From Eutreptiella sp. 'Long Island Sound 2002' (Eukaryota > Protista > Euglenida): a stretch of 64,000 nucleotides of DNA. Location: positions 21,018,001 to 21,082,000 of the forward strand of contig OZ038378.1 in NCBI GenBank assembly GCA_964036045.1, read 5' to 3'. The notes under the pieces were generated by a model. The model ran no database searches and was not told the origin of the DNA. It was given only the letters and a program-made list of their open reading frames with translations. Shown in pieces: positions 38,633 to 49,755 of the stretch; positions within the stretch are counted from its first letter, which is position 1; each line of letters begins with the position of its first letter. A program made the position numbers and the translations under genes.

Positions 38633-39974
38633 TTGCGGGCCGTGAGTCTACGCACCTGTGGTGGGCCTGCGGTGGGTGTGCGTGAGCGTCGTGCGTGGGC
38701 CCGGAGCGGTCACTCGGATGGTGTGCCCTCTGGGCCCCCCCGTTTACGCGGGCAGTAGCACCGCCACCCAGGCCCCGAGCCCGGGCAGGCTCCAGGGCAG
38801 GGCAGCGCTCGGCGCGCCCTGGAGCCCCTCCCCCTGCCGTCCCTCAGGGCCGTGGGCGGAGGGTCCAGTCCACGACAACACCACCAGTGCCTAGGGCAGT
38901 TAGCAGGTGTGGACCCCCCCAGTCGTGCGCCCAGGGAGCGCGCCCCCGTGCCTCATGCAGTCGTGGGGCCGCTGGCAGCATGTCAATGACCGGGAGGCGG
39001 CGTGTCCAGACCGAACACTCCCCCGGCGGGCTCAGCGTCAGGCTCCCATGGCCTCCCTGCCGGGGCCTGGAGCACCAGGCATCACACAACCCCCCACACG
39101 CGTCCCCCCCCCCCCCCCCCACACACAGGCGCAAGGGGGTAGGGCCAGGCGCGGCGCAGCCACCAGCATGCACGCCACCGCCATGCACGCCCCACCCACC
39201 TGCCCCGCGCGCGCCACACACACAGGCACGGCGGCATCTCCCTCCCGTGTGTGCCACCACGGGGTACGGGGGCGGTCAACAGTCCGGCAGGCCTTGGGAC
39301 CGGACAACCGCGATTTGCCTAGCCCAGTCGTGTCGGCACAAAGGCGAGTGCTGACCGTGGGCCAGGGCGTCCGGCACAGGCCTTGACCCAAACCAAACCA
39401 AAACCCCCCCCCGCCCCCAAAGGGGCTGTGCCCGCAGGTGTACTCCGACGCGGCGCGGGACGGAAATAGTGGCAGGCTAGGTATGTGCTCATCGGCTGGA
39501 GCACACCACTCCGTGCGTGTGCCGCTGCAGAACCAGCAGGTGCTAGAATTTCGAGGGGCGGCTGCGGCCGTAAAATCGGTGGTGGGACGGAAACTCCCGT
39601 GGGCTACGCTGCATGTGGACAACCAAGGGGTGCTCTGGGGCCTGAGAACAGGGAAAAAGGGAATTGGGCTGCGGGAGCAGCGTCGCTGTGTTCGACAAGT
39701 AATGTATGCTCTGGCAAAGGGGGGGACTTCGGTACACCTTTCGTATGTACCCGGGGCCATCATGCCGGCGGACTACCTGTCTCGGGTCCGCAGCAATTTT
39801 TTTGGTGACATGAGCATGGCACTGGGGTCTGCCATCGACCAAATGGCAGATTTGTTACCTGTTTGCACTCAGACAGAATGTTGGGGAGTCTTGCGGTTCT
39901 GATTGCGGGCCGTGAGTCTACGCACCTGTGGTGGGCCTGCGGTGGGTGTGCGTGAGCGTCGTGCGTGGGCCCGG
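38134..39974 (+). repeat. 571-bp direct duplication (38134-38704 and 39404-39974) flanking a 699-bp GC-rich insert
   Basis: Offset of 1270 bp with only a few substitutions; duplicates the RNase H coding region. Confidence 0.9.
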
Positions 39975-40556
39975 CAGCAAGTGCTTGGGCTGTTGAGGGG
40001 AGTGTTGTGCGCTCGTGGCAGAATTTGTTTTGCGGCGCCACGCGCGCTACACATGCCACGAGCCGGCGGCGCACAGCGCGATGCGGCGCAGGTGGCGGCT
40101 AAGCGGGGGCGACGAGACGATAGACTGGTGGCGGCTCACAGGTTTGAAGAAGTATGCGAGGTGGCGAGCGTGTCATATCGAACGTGGATGGTCACACCAG
40201 AGCTGGCGAAAAGCAAGCGCTTTCCGGTCGTGATGCGATTGTGCAGACATGTCGAGGCAACATGGCAACGCGAGACGCAAAGCAAGGTCGAAGGAAAGCC
40301 GCAGGGAACACACTCCATGGAGCGAGCGGTCTTCATCCCAGAGTGGACCGGGGCGACACACGGCGTACGAGTCTCCGTAACGGTGGAGAAGCTGAAACAC
40401 GGGCCACGACTACCGCGAGGGACGCAAAGGCTTTGGGCCGCCGGTTCGCCGGCTATGGTGCGGGCGGTGGCCGCGGTGATGCAGGAAGTGCAGCAAGAGG
40501 GGGGTGGGCACGGAGAGGTGGCAAGCGCAAGTGGGGATGTGGGCCAGCCTCAGTAA
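39903..40556 (+). CDS. Extra ORF of unknown function at the 3' end of YR element 1
   Basis: 217 open codons immediately after the RT/RH TGA, in the same frame, ending just before repeat B1. Confidence 0.45.
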   Translation: MRAVSLRTCGGPAVGVRERRAWARQQVLGLLRGVLCARGRICFAAPRALHMPRAGGAQRDAAQVAAKRGRRDDRLVAAHRFEEVCEVASVSYRTWMVTPELAKSKRFPVVMRLCRHVEATWQRETQSKVEGKPQGTHSMERAVFIPEWTGATHGVRVSVTVEKLKHGPRLPRGTQRLWAAGSPAMVRAVAAVMQEVQQEGGGHGEVASASGDVGQPQ

Positions 40557-41774
40557 GAAGGGTGATTTTGAGTAATTTTTTTTGTGTTCCTTGGTGGTGG
40601 TGGTGACGGATGGTGTCGCCGGCAGAGCAGCAAAATGGTCACGGGGACACTACGTTCTTTGGGTTCAGCAATGTCCACGACTGTGCACTGTTGTCTCGTC
40701 TGCTGCGTGGATGGCAGTGAGGGGAGGTGGAAGAAGGTGCATGGGGTTTGGTGGGGCGAAGCAGCAAGTGCCAAGCCCAGGGGGGGAACAACAATTTAAA
40801 CTAAAGTTTATGCAGTAAACTTGAGTTTAAATTGGGCAAGGGGGTGGGAGGAGGGCACCTCGTGAACACTCGCCTAGTGTTTGTTTGTTTTGTGGTGTGC
40901 CGTCGCCCTCCCCCCCTCCCTAAAACACCGGGCGCGTGCCGGACGTGCGTGGGTGAGCGCGCAAGGCGTGGCTAAGGGTCGCAAGGGCCGCGGGCGAAGT
41001 GTGGCGCAGGGGCACAGAGCAGCTCGCCAGCGAACGGCCCCGATGGGGCCGTGACACGTTTCACGGGAGAACCACCGCCCACCGCAGGCACAGGCACAGG
41101 CGCGGCCGTCGCACAGGCGATGGACCAACGTATATGTGTGTTGTATAAACGTCTATCGGGATCGTGGATGTCCCCTACCATGCACCACCCGCACCACCAC
41201 CCGTGTTCCTTGGTGGTGGTGGTGACGGATGGTGTCGCCGGCACAGCAGCAAAATGGTCACGCGACACTACGTTCTTTGGGTTCAGCAATGTCCACGACT
41301 GTGCACTGTTGTCTCGTCTGCTGCGTGGATGGCAGTGAGGGGAGGTGGAAGGAGGTGCATGGGGTTTGGTGGGGCGAAGCAGCAAGTGCCAAGCCCATGG
41401 GGGGAACAACAATTTAAACACAGAGATTGTTTGGGCAAAAAGGTGCCCGCGGTGTGCGGGGTATGGGACAGTTTTGGGGACAAGTTGTATTTCACAAGAG
41501 ACATCCCCGAAGGCAAGTGGGTTCGGAAGGACCTATTGGCACCTGTTTCAGCCAAGCCTCCTACCAAAAGGGCCAAACCACCGCCCAGGGGCATGTTCAA
41601 GAATTCAAGGTCAAATGGAGCAAGACGAAGAAGTTGAGGGCTATGCGTTCGCCAAAACCTTGGCGAGCTTGGCGAGTGGGCTTGCTTTGGCTTTGGCGAG
41701 GAAATTTCCCTTAATTCCTAAAGGGGTACCGTGGGAGTCGTTGTCCGCCAATGGCGTGTAGGGACCGTGGGGTG

Positions 41775-41966
41775 GAATTATGGGGAATTATGGGGAATTA
41801 TGGGTAATTATGGAAGAATTATGGGTCAATTATGGTTGAACCATGGGGAATTATGGGGAATTCTACGAAAACTATGGTTGATCCATGGGGAATTGTGGGG
41901 AATTATGGTGAATTATGGGGAAATATGGGGAATTATGGGGAATTATGGGGTTTTATGGGGTGTTAT
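41775..41966 (+). repeat. Minisatellite (TATGGGGAAT)n
   Basis: About 19 degenerate 10-bp units. Confidence 0.95.
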
Positions 41967-42288
41967 GTCAGGGTTGCTGCTGCTGCTAGTGTCTTTCTTA
42001 TTCCTTTTGTGCTCATTCCCGCAGACACATTAGATTGAGATTTTTATGTTTTCAACAATGTCTTGTACGTTCGTTTGTCGTATCTGTACAAACCCCCTAG
42101 GGAGTACCTATCGGAGGGTCATCTGGCTAGGGTTATGAAGAACCATAGTTACATAGCCCTCGAAGTAAAGCAGGTTCAGCACATACAGCATTCCCTGCAC
42201 CCTCCCCCCTTCACTCACTCATCTCTCCCTCCATCTCTCCGACAGTCTCCTTTTTCATTAAGGCAGTCAGGCCCCCCAGCACAGGCAT

Positions 42289-43456
42289 ATGGACAAATTC
42301 GATGGGGACAGAGCCTGGTCCTGGAAGCGGCTGCTGGCTCACGACGAGTCCGTGCTTGATGCGGCATGGGCTGAGCTAATGCAGCAACACTGGCCGGCGA
42401 CGGAGGTCCCGCTAGAGCGGCGCGGCACCGTGCTCGACGTGGGGATCAACAGCTGGGTCCGGGCGCGCCTCAACACGTCCAAGCTGGCGGTCTTCTTCAA
42501 TCGCGGGCGGGGGGTGTGCCTGGTGTGCAAGAACTTCCTGGCCTACAGAGACGCCTTCCTGTACGGCCTGGGACTCGCATGGGGCATCGATGTACCCAAT
42601 GTCGAGCTTTTGCAGCCCCAGTCGGAGGCGGCCTTCGAGCTCTGCGCGTCCCTGCAGGAACTCGAGCGCGGGCGGGGCAAGGAGCGCACGGCGCTGGTGG
42701 CGACAACAGCGGCAGCGCGGCGGAACCATCGGGCGCACAGCCAGCGTACGGCCCAGGGGACAATGGAGGGCACAGCGACAAGGCGAGCGACAAGGTCAAG
42801 TGGAACGTCCTGACGGCGTCGGCGGCCCGCGGCATGAGGCGACGGCCGGGGGCCACGAGGTGGACTATCAAATTATGCAGGGCGCTGGAGCAGGAGCTCA
42901 AAAACCACGCGGGGGAGAGCGAGGCGGAGCCCAGCGCCTTGGCGCGAAAGGTGTGGAAAATCATGCTAGACTGCGACGTGACCGGGGCTGACGAATTGAA
43001 GGACAAGGCCCGGGAGCGACGGACGAAAGAGAGCGAGCGGGAAAAACGACAGCGCCGGAAGGAGTGCAAACGGCGCGGTAAAAGCAAACGGCGAGATTCC
43101 AGCTCCGACAGCAACGACTCATCGAGCTCCAGCAACAGCAGCAGCAGCTCGGGCTCGTCATCATGGTCGTCGGGACGATCCTTGCGAGCGCGCAAGAAGC
43201 AGACAAAGAGCACCGCGCGCCGGACGGGAAACGACATCGCAGGGCGCAAAGAAGGAGAAATCTGGAGGGGCACAGGCTCAGCCGCCAACACCGAGTTCAC
43301 CCTGCTAGGCGGCCGCCGACACTTCACAGCAAGCGCTCACGAGCCTGGGAAGACTGCACAGACCCGCCAAAGTCGAAGTGCACAGACTGCAGCCAGGCAC
43401 ACTGGTACTTCGACAGGGACGAGTGGGGCTGCGTCAAAGGCAAGGGCACCAAATGA
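42289..43456 (+). pseudogene. Gag-like ORF of YR element 2 (two frameshifts)
   Basis: Starts MDKFDG; Ser/Arg-rich middle; ends PPKSKCTDCSQAHWYF, matching PPRYPCDVCRVKHWWF of element 1. Confidence 0.7.
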
Positions 43457-44450
43457 CAGCAGGAGCGCAAGCTGCCCGTGGCGGAGGCCGTCGAACGCCT
43501 TGGGCAGGCTATGCGGGACGGCTGGGGCACGGGGTACGACGCCAGTGTCGTGCGGGGCCTCAGCAAATCCACGCTGGACGGGTACCTGGGGGCCCTCGCG
43601 AAGCTCCGGAGGCGCGAACGCATGCAGCCGGGGTGCGGAAGAAGGCGCGTGTTGGAGGACGAGCTCGGCGACATCGCTGCCCAGAACGTGGGGGAGGGCA
43701 GCATCAAGAAACTACTCTCGGGGGTGCGGCTACTCGAAAAACTGGGATGGATCAAAAGTACCGTACGGCCGGGGACTGGTACCTCGTCCTGGGGGTGGAG
43801 AAGGAGCGTGAGCAGCAGGGGCGAGGCGCGGTCAAAGAGTGGGCCAGCATGGAAGCGCTGCGGTACATGGCGGGCATCGCGCGCACCAGGGCAGAGTGGG
43901 AGATCTTGGCGCTGGCAGCGCTGTCGTGCGCCCACTGCCTCCGAGCGAGCGAAGCAATCACGGCCCACGTCGAGGGCAGCGAGTTGGTGTTCCAGGGAAC
44001 CAAGTCCCGCAGCGGCGAGCAACGGCAAGAGATGGGACAGTGGACGGCGAAGTGGGCCGCATTCCTGGCGCGCCTCAGGGCAAGCCACGGATACCACCCC
44101 GACCTCCCTGCGTGGTTTCAGGGAACGGACGGGCTACACAGGGGACTCCACAGCATCCTGGACCGACCCGGCGGATCCTTCAAGTACCTGCACTGGTACT
44201 CGCTCAGGCGATTCGGGGCAGCCCAGCTCCACGGCCTCGGACTCCCAGCGCGGTTCATCATGCTCTGGGGGGGGTGGAAGTCGGCGGCAGTGGCGGAGAT
44301 ATACTACAAGGCGCCGCCGCGATGGAAGTTTGTGCGAGGGGGACCCATCCCCCTGCCAAAGTACGGGGCAAGCGAAACGACGGCGAGGATGCAGCCCGGG
44401 ACAACGTTGGGGATGTGGCCAAGCTGGATTAGGAGCGAGCTCGAGTTCCC
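43457..44450 (+). pseudogene. Tyrosine recombinase of YR element 2 (frameshift near 43770)
   Basis: N-terminal GLSKSTLDGY...SIKKLLSGV; CLRASEA; WYSLRR (expected H appears as Y); WGGWKSAAVAEIYY. Confidence 0.85.
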
Positions 44451-44699
44451 CATGTGCGACTTGCTCGGGCAGATTCGAGTCCGGAGGGCAGTACTGCCCA
44501 CGTGCAGAAAAGGTCCCGAACGGAGTCGCCCAAGCGCGACGTGGTCGAAATCAAAGACTCACCAGAGCGACCGCCGCCCAAGACCGTCAAACGCCAGAGG
44601 GGGGCGACGCCAGGAGCGCGGAGGAGACTGCCAGCGGACAGCGGAGGCGCAGGCAAACCGGACGGAGAACCGGCAGGCGGTGCACGGGCATCACGGGGA

Positions 44700-46518
44700 C
44701 GCGCGGGGGGTGACAATCGAGGACGAGCGCCTGGCGCGGGCGATCAGCGAGCTGCCGGGAGTGAAGCGGGGCCGCAGGGGCATGGTCCACAAGGGCGTCC
44801 AGGAGCTGATCATGGTGGCGGCGCAGCTCAGGCTGGCCTCCGGTGATGCTACTGCGAAGCTGCGAGTCGCACTGCAGGGGGTACTGGACGACGGATTGGA
44901 CGGCGAGGAGGACGGGTATTACTCGTCGGAGGACAAAGACGAGATCGACCCGGAGACGGCGGCAAAAGGGCTCGGATCGGCGGGCCGTGTGCACGTGCAT
45001 GCGCCGCTCTGGAGGTGGCTGGTGCCACAGGACCTCCTGAAGGCTTATGAGAAGCACGCCAAAACCAGGGGGGCCGACCTGAAGTCGCACTGCACTAAGC
45101 TTCCGCTCATGATGCGGGCCCTGCACGTAGACGCGCGGGGGGTGAAACGCACGCGCCTCAGGCCCACCTCACGGGCATTCCTGCGCCCCAAGAATAGGCA
45201 GAAGTGTAGAATGATCTTAGATGCATCTCCTATAAACGAGGCAGACCCCAGACGGCCCCAAAAGTTCACCCTCCCGGGCTTGGAACAGCTCAGAGACTGG
45301 ATGCGGGGGGGGGGGGGTGCGTGGATGGCCAAACTCGACCTCCAGAATGCATTCTGGAGCGTCGTGCTCCCGAGGGGCTGGCGCAGGGTTTTTGTTCTGC
45401 AAACCGCCGACGGGCGGTCGTACCGCTACACGCGCCCCCCCTTCGGATGGCGCTACTCCCCCCTCATCTGCCAGTCCCTCGTCCGGGGTATCGTGGCTGC
45501 CGCCCTGCGAGGCGTGTGGGCCCAGGCATGGGTGTATATAGACGACATACTCGTCACCGCTCGCAGTCCATCCGAGGTGCGGCGCGCTGTGCGGCTCATC
45601 ATCCGGCGCCTGCAGCGGGCGGGTTTTATAATAAGCCAGAACAGCGAAACAACACCCACGATGGAGCTGAGCTTCATTGGCAAACAAATAAACACGGATG
45701 CGGGATACTTCCAAAACGCCCCTGGCGGGCTGCGCAGTGCGCTCCAAGCATGGGTGAGGGCCATGGGCCGTGGAACCATCGAGCCCCGCAGGCTCAGAAA
45801 GCTGCTTGGGCAGCTATGCTGGCTGTCGAGGCCCAATGCCGGCCTCTCCTGCTTTATGGCGGGGAGCTATCAGGCACTGGACTCGGGCGCGCGGTGGTTC
45901 ACACGGAGTATGGCGCGAGGCCTCGGCACGGTGCTTCTGTTCAGCGCTGTAGCCCAGTCTTATCCGCCGGACAACCACGAGGGAGGGACACAACAGGTGC
46001 CGGGCAAGGGCGACCTCCTACTGTTTGCGGACGCGGCACCAGAAGGGGCACGGTTCAGGGTGGAACTGTTGGGCGACAGGCGATTCCGCCGCTCCGTCCG
46101 CTGCCCGGCATGGGTTACGTCACTCCAGCAGGCAGAGCTTTTCGGCATATACTATGCGTGTAAAGTAGCCGTCTACCGCGGGCACAGATCGGTGGTAGTT
46201 GGCACAGACACCGACGCTAGCAGATTCCAGGTGGCAGGGCAGAGGGCCACTGCTTGCTCACAGGCCCACCAGAGAATTCTCCGCCGTCTGTTCTGGCTCC
46301 GGCTTTGGAGCCACGTGAAACTCGGTGTGTTTCGGGTCGATACTGCGGAGAACCCCGCAGACCCGCTCAGCCGCCTGCATACCTTTCCCAGCAGGCGGCA
46401 CGTTGTCCAGGACGCCAATGACAAGCGACAGCTCTGGGAACGCAGCGCACACAAATTGATGCATCTCCATTATCTCCCTCATGCCCCTTGGAGTTTAGCA
46501 CAGGGGGGGGGGGGGTGA
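44700..46518 (+). CDS. Reverse transcriptase-RNase H of YR element 2
   Basis: FLRPK..KCRMILD, LDLQNAFW, PFGWRYSP, YIDD, FIG; RNase H FADA/AELFG/GTD/NPADPLSR. Open frame; the 5' limit is approximate. Confidence 0.9.
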
Positions 46519-47158
46519 CAACGGCCAGCACGGGACCAGCGTGAGTCCGGGGCTCGCATTCGCGAGCACTTTGTGCAGTCGGTCCATGGAGGAATCCTGA
46601 GTTGTGCCTGTTCAGGGGGGCAGGGATGCGGGGGCTGAACCATAATTACGTAGCCCTCGAAGTAAAGCAGGTTCAGCACATACAGCATTCCCTGCACCCT
46701 CCCCCCTTCACTCACTCATCTCTCCCTCCATCTCTCCGACAGTCTCCTTTTTCATTAAGGCAGTCAGGCCCGCCCACCCGCCCTTTCGTCTACGTCCCGC
46801 AGCGACGCGGGGAATCAGGACGAGCACAGTATCAATACAGCAGCGTGCAGTCGGTCCATGGTGGAATCCTGAGTTGTGCCTGTTCTGGGGGGAATGAATG
46901 CGGGGGCTGAAGCAGGACATCAAGTGTGTTAGCAGTACTAAAATTGGCCTTGCTGGTGCTGGGGGCAGTTATGGTGGAGGATGGGTGTCTTGCACAGATG
47001 CACTACAACTGATACCAGCTGGTCACCGTGAAGCATATGCATCTGATTTTGCTACTTCTATTGTTGATGTTGAAGGTCTTGGTGAGCTGCCCGATGCTGC
47101 CAATACTCTTGTGCGTCCACCTGCTGGTTGTGCTGTTGCTTCTACTTGTGCTGCTGAG

Positions 47159-47308
47159 CATACAACCCCATACAACCCCATAATTCCCCATACAACCCCA
47201 TAATTCCCCATAATTTCCCATAATTCCCCATAATTCCCCAGAATTCCCCATACAACCCCATAAGACCCCATAATTCCCCATAAATCCCCATAACTCCACA
47301 TACCCATA
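47159..47308 (-). repeat. Minisatellite (TATGGGGAAT)n, inverted relative to 41775-41966
   Basis: Reads ccccataatt/ccccatacaa on the + strand. Further arrays at 47860-47995, 55613-55732 and 56284-56419. Confidence 0.95.
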
Positions 47309-48939
47309 GGGGGAACGTTAGCGCGCCGGGCGCGCGCTGGGCATCTTTTTGGACCCGTGCCCCTCTAGTGGCCTTTTAGGGGGTGCACTAAGGGGGCGCA
47401 CTTAGCACAGTGCAGCTATTTGGGCGCCTGGCTGTACTAGAGACCCACACTTTGAGATACTAGGAGCATCATGGTGACCCCTAGCGTAGGTTTTGACTTC
47501 TGATTTTGTCTCCTTTGTTTGGACTGACCAAAGCAACTCGGTCGCCACGCAAGATGAGGCAGAGGATGAGGCGGAAGTGTGTGTGTTGTGTTGCCAACGG
47601 CGCTCCACCGTTGCAGTTTGTGATGAGTGTAAGGAGCACTATTGTAATGAGTGTATTGACACCCACACTTGTGGGACCAATGTTGTTTGTTAATTACACT
47701 ACAAATGACAGTTGGAGTGGTTGAATTCACAGATCCTGCTTTATTTTGCAACGTGCTTTGTAGGGAAGGTGTGCAGTGCAATGTGGTCTACTTGGGGGGC
47801 TTCTCCATGGGAGGGTAAATCTGGGGCTGAAGTCGGGATAGTTAGCGCGCCGGGCAAACATTCCCCCATAATTCCCCATAAAACCCCATAATTCCCCATA
47901 CAACCCCATAAAATCCCATAATTCACCATACAACCCCATAACTCCCCAGAATTCCCCATAATTACCCATAATTCCCCACAATTCCCCATAATTCCTATCC
48001 TTTGGCAAGCAGACGTCTTCTGGCGCTGGCGAGCGCATAGGCCTGGACGTTTTACACCGAGCCAGCCAAGGAGTAATTTTATTACATTGGTAGCCCATGC
48101 ATCATTTTCATATTGTTGCAATAGTTGCCCTCTTTCAACACTGTGTGTTGACCATGACAAGCTCTGCACACCAAAGTTGCTTACGTTCGGCCATGGTATT
48201 CTTATGCATTGTTACTTCGTTTTCTGCTGCAATGTCTGTGTGTGTACAGTGGCAGCACGGAGGGGGGGGCTGTCACTTGGCAACGGTCCCCCCAGGGGGT
48301 GGCAGGAGACTGTCTTCCCTTGGGTGGAGAAGGACACCGGGGGGTGAGGGGAAGATTTAGAACAGGTGAGACAGCTTTTGACAGCTCATCAGCCCCCCCC
48401 CCAGAAAAAAGAATAGTGATGAAAGTTCTTGTGGTCCGAAATTGCTTGGGCAAAAGGGCGTGTGTTCCCATTGTTTGCAGACACGTGATAGGATTCACCT
48501 CGCAATGTGGCAGTGAGAAGGGTGCCTTGACGCAATGCCCACACATTGCAAATTTTAGCCCCGTGCTGATGGCACCATTGCAGTTGGACATGCCCTCCCC
48601 ACGCCCCGCAGAATTGCATGTGCACCCTTGCCCTTCCAGGGCCCTGCCCCTCTTCACAGCCGATCAGTATTTTCAATTTCTTCTTGTCTCCATTCGCTTG
48701 TGCCCCCGCTCTCCTCTCACAGTGTTTAATGGACCATGCACAGGGAGCATCCCTGGCATCCTCCTCAGGCGCCACATACTACACCGAGCCAGCGGCGGAG
48801 TCCTACCATGCAGAGCCCCTCCGTTGCAGGTCCTGGCGCCCCCCACTCGTACTCAGCCTCCTCTGCCTCATGGGCGTTGCTTTCCTTGGGATTTGTGCAT
48901 TGCCACCGCGGCCCTCGCACGCGCTGCAGTGGGCTTGGC
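47189..48939 (+). repeat. 1.75-kb direct repeat, copy R1 (contains a duplicated 5' region of the RNase H-like gene)
   Basis: Matches 55613-57363 at an offset of 8424; about four substitutions seen by eye. Confidence 0.95.
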
Positions 48940-49731
48940 AAGCACACCGCCTGTGAAAGTTCTGGGAAAGATGGAAAAGACACACGCCTCTTTTTCGCCA
49001 ATGTGGACTCTATGATATTGAATGAGGTAGTGGACAAGTTCGGATCGCAGCCACACTTTGCAATAATGTCCATTCCATGGCTGGAGGCTGATGATTTGGG
49101 GAAAATGCACCAGGTATTGGAAATCTTTACCACCAAGGACAAACGTAAACAATTGGGTCCACATCTGTTTGCCACTATAATTGCTCCCTTCTGGGAAGAT
49201 GGTTCCTGCCTCAAACCAAACTCCGGTATCATGCTGCAGTACCTCAATGCCTCAAAGTTGCGCATGGGTGTTACCGCCGACATGAAGAAAAAAGTGTGTG
49301 CGCAACTCAAATCATTTGAGAAGGCGGGTATCACTCTGAAGGAAGAACTGACTGGAGATCTGCTGAATGGGTATGACTCTGACGGAACAAGCTCCACAGT
49401 CACTGCCTCATGGTCGACAATAGCCACGGTGTATCGGATCGGGGTACCCGCCTATTGGAGGGAGATCCAGGTCAAGGAAGTTCTAGGCGGCAAGCACAAG
49501 CAAGAAATGGTGCTGCACAGGTCTGCATTTAACGCCGGTGAGATGCACCTAGCCACTTGGAGAATTCAAACACCAACGGCAGATGATCTTATCGGAACCG
49601 TGTTCAAAACCAAGGACGGCCGCAGGCACCTGACGGTTATCAGCAACGAGGATTTCCAGTCCAAAAAACGCATGGCCCAAGGGAAGTCGGCAGCAACCCA
49701 ACACACCCACAGTGAGTATCTCCTTTGCTAA
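48940..49731 (+). CDS. LINE ORF1-like protein (5' part fused in frame to duplicated host sequence from ATG 48736)
   Basis: Open frame directly upstream of ORF2; no CCHC knuckle seen. Confidence 0.6.
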   Translation, partial: KHTACESSGKDGKDTRLFFANVDSMILNEVVDKFGSQPHFAIMSIPWLEADDLGKMHQVLEIFTTKDKRKQLGPHLFATIIAPFWEDGSCLKPNSGIMLQYLNASKLRMGVTADMKKKVCAQLKSFEKAGITLKEELTGDLLNGYDSDGTSSTVTASWSTIATVYRIGVPAYWREIQVKEVLGGKHKQEMVLHRSAFNAGEMHLATWRIQTPTADDLIGTVFKTKDGRRHLTVISNEDFQSKKRMAQGKSAATQHTHSEYLLC

Positions 49732-49755
49732 GCGGAAAAGGGATGAGCCAGGAAA

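Larger units (their letters stand above)
27447..41419 (+). mobile_element. YR retrotransposon 1 (VIPER/TATE-like order gag-YR-RT/RNaseH, split direct repeats), interrupted by a DNA transposon
   Basis: A1 27447-27552 = A2 40800-40905; B1 40584-40801 = B2 41203-41419, giving the A1...B1-A2-spacer-B2 layout. Shared 'ac' core at both ends and at the internal B1/A2 junction. Gag, YR and RT/RH motifs present. Confidence 0.9.
42140..46911 (+). mobile_element. YR retrotransposon 2 (gag-YR-RT/RNaseH, split direct repeats), full length but frameshifted
   Basis: A1 42140-42274 = A2 46637-46771; B1 46573-46639 = B2 46845-46911. Shared 'gaa' core. Removing it restores a flanking reading frame (...LARVMK|KQDIKCVSS...). 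Confidence 0.92.

Noticed and set aside
36166-46482. Numerous long antisense or overlapping ORFs in the YR elements
   Set aside because: Expected shadows of GC-rich coding sequence; no independent motifs.
41731-48169. ORFs with NYGELWGIMG repeats; also a telomere interpretation of the array
   Set aside because: They are translations of the 10-bp minisatellite. The unit is not a known telomeric repeat and the arrays are short, internal and degenerate.
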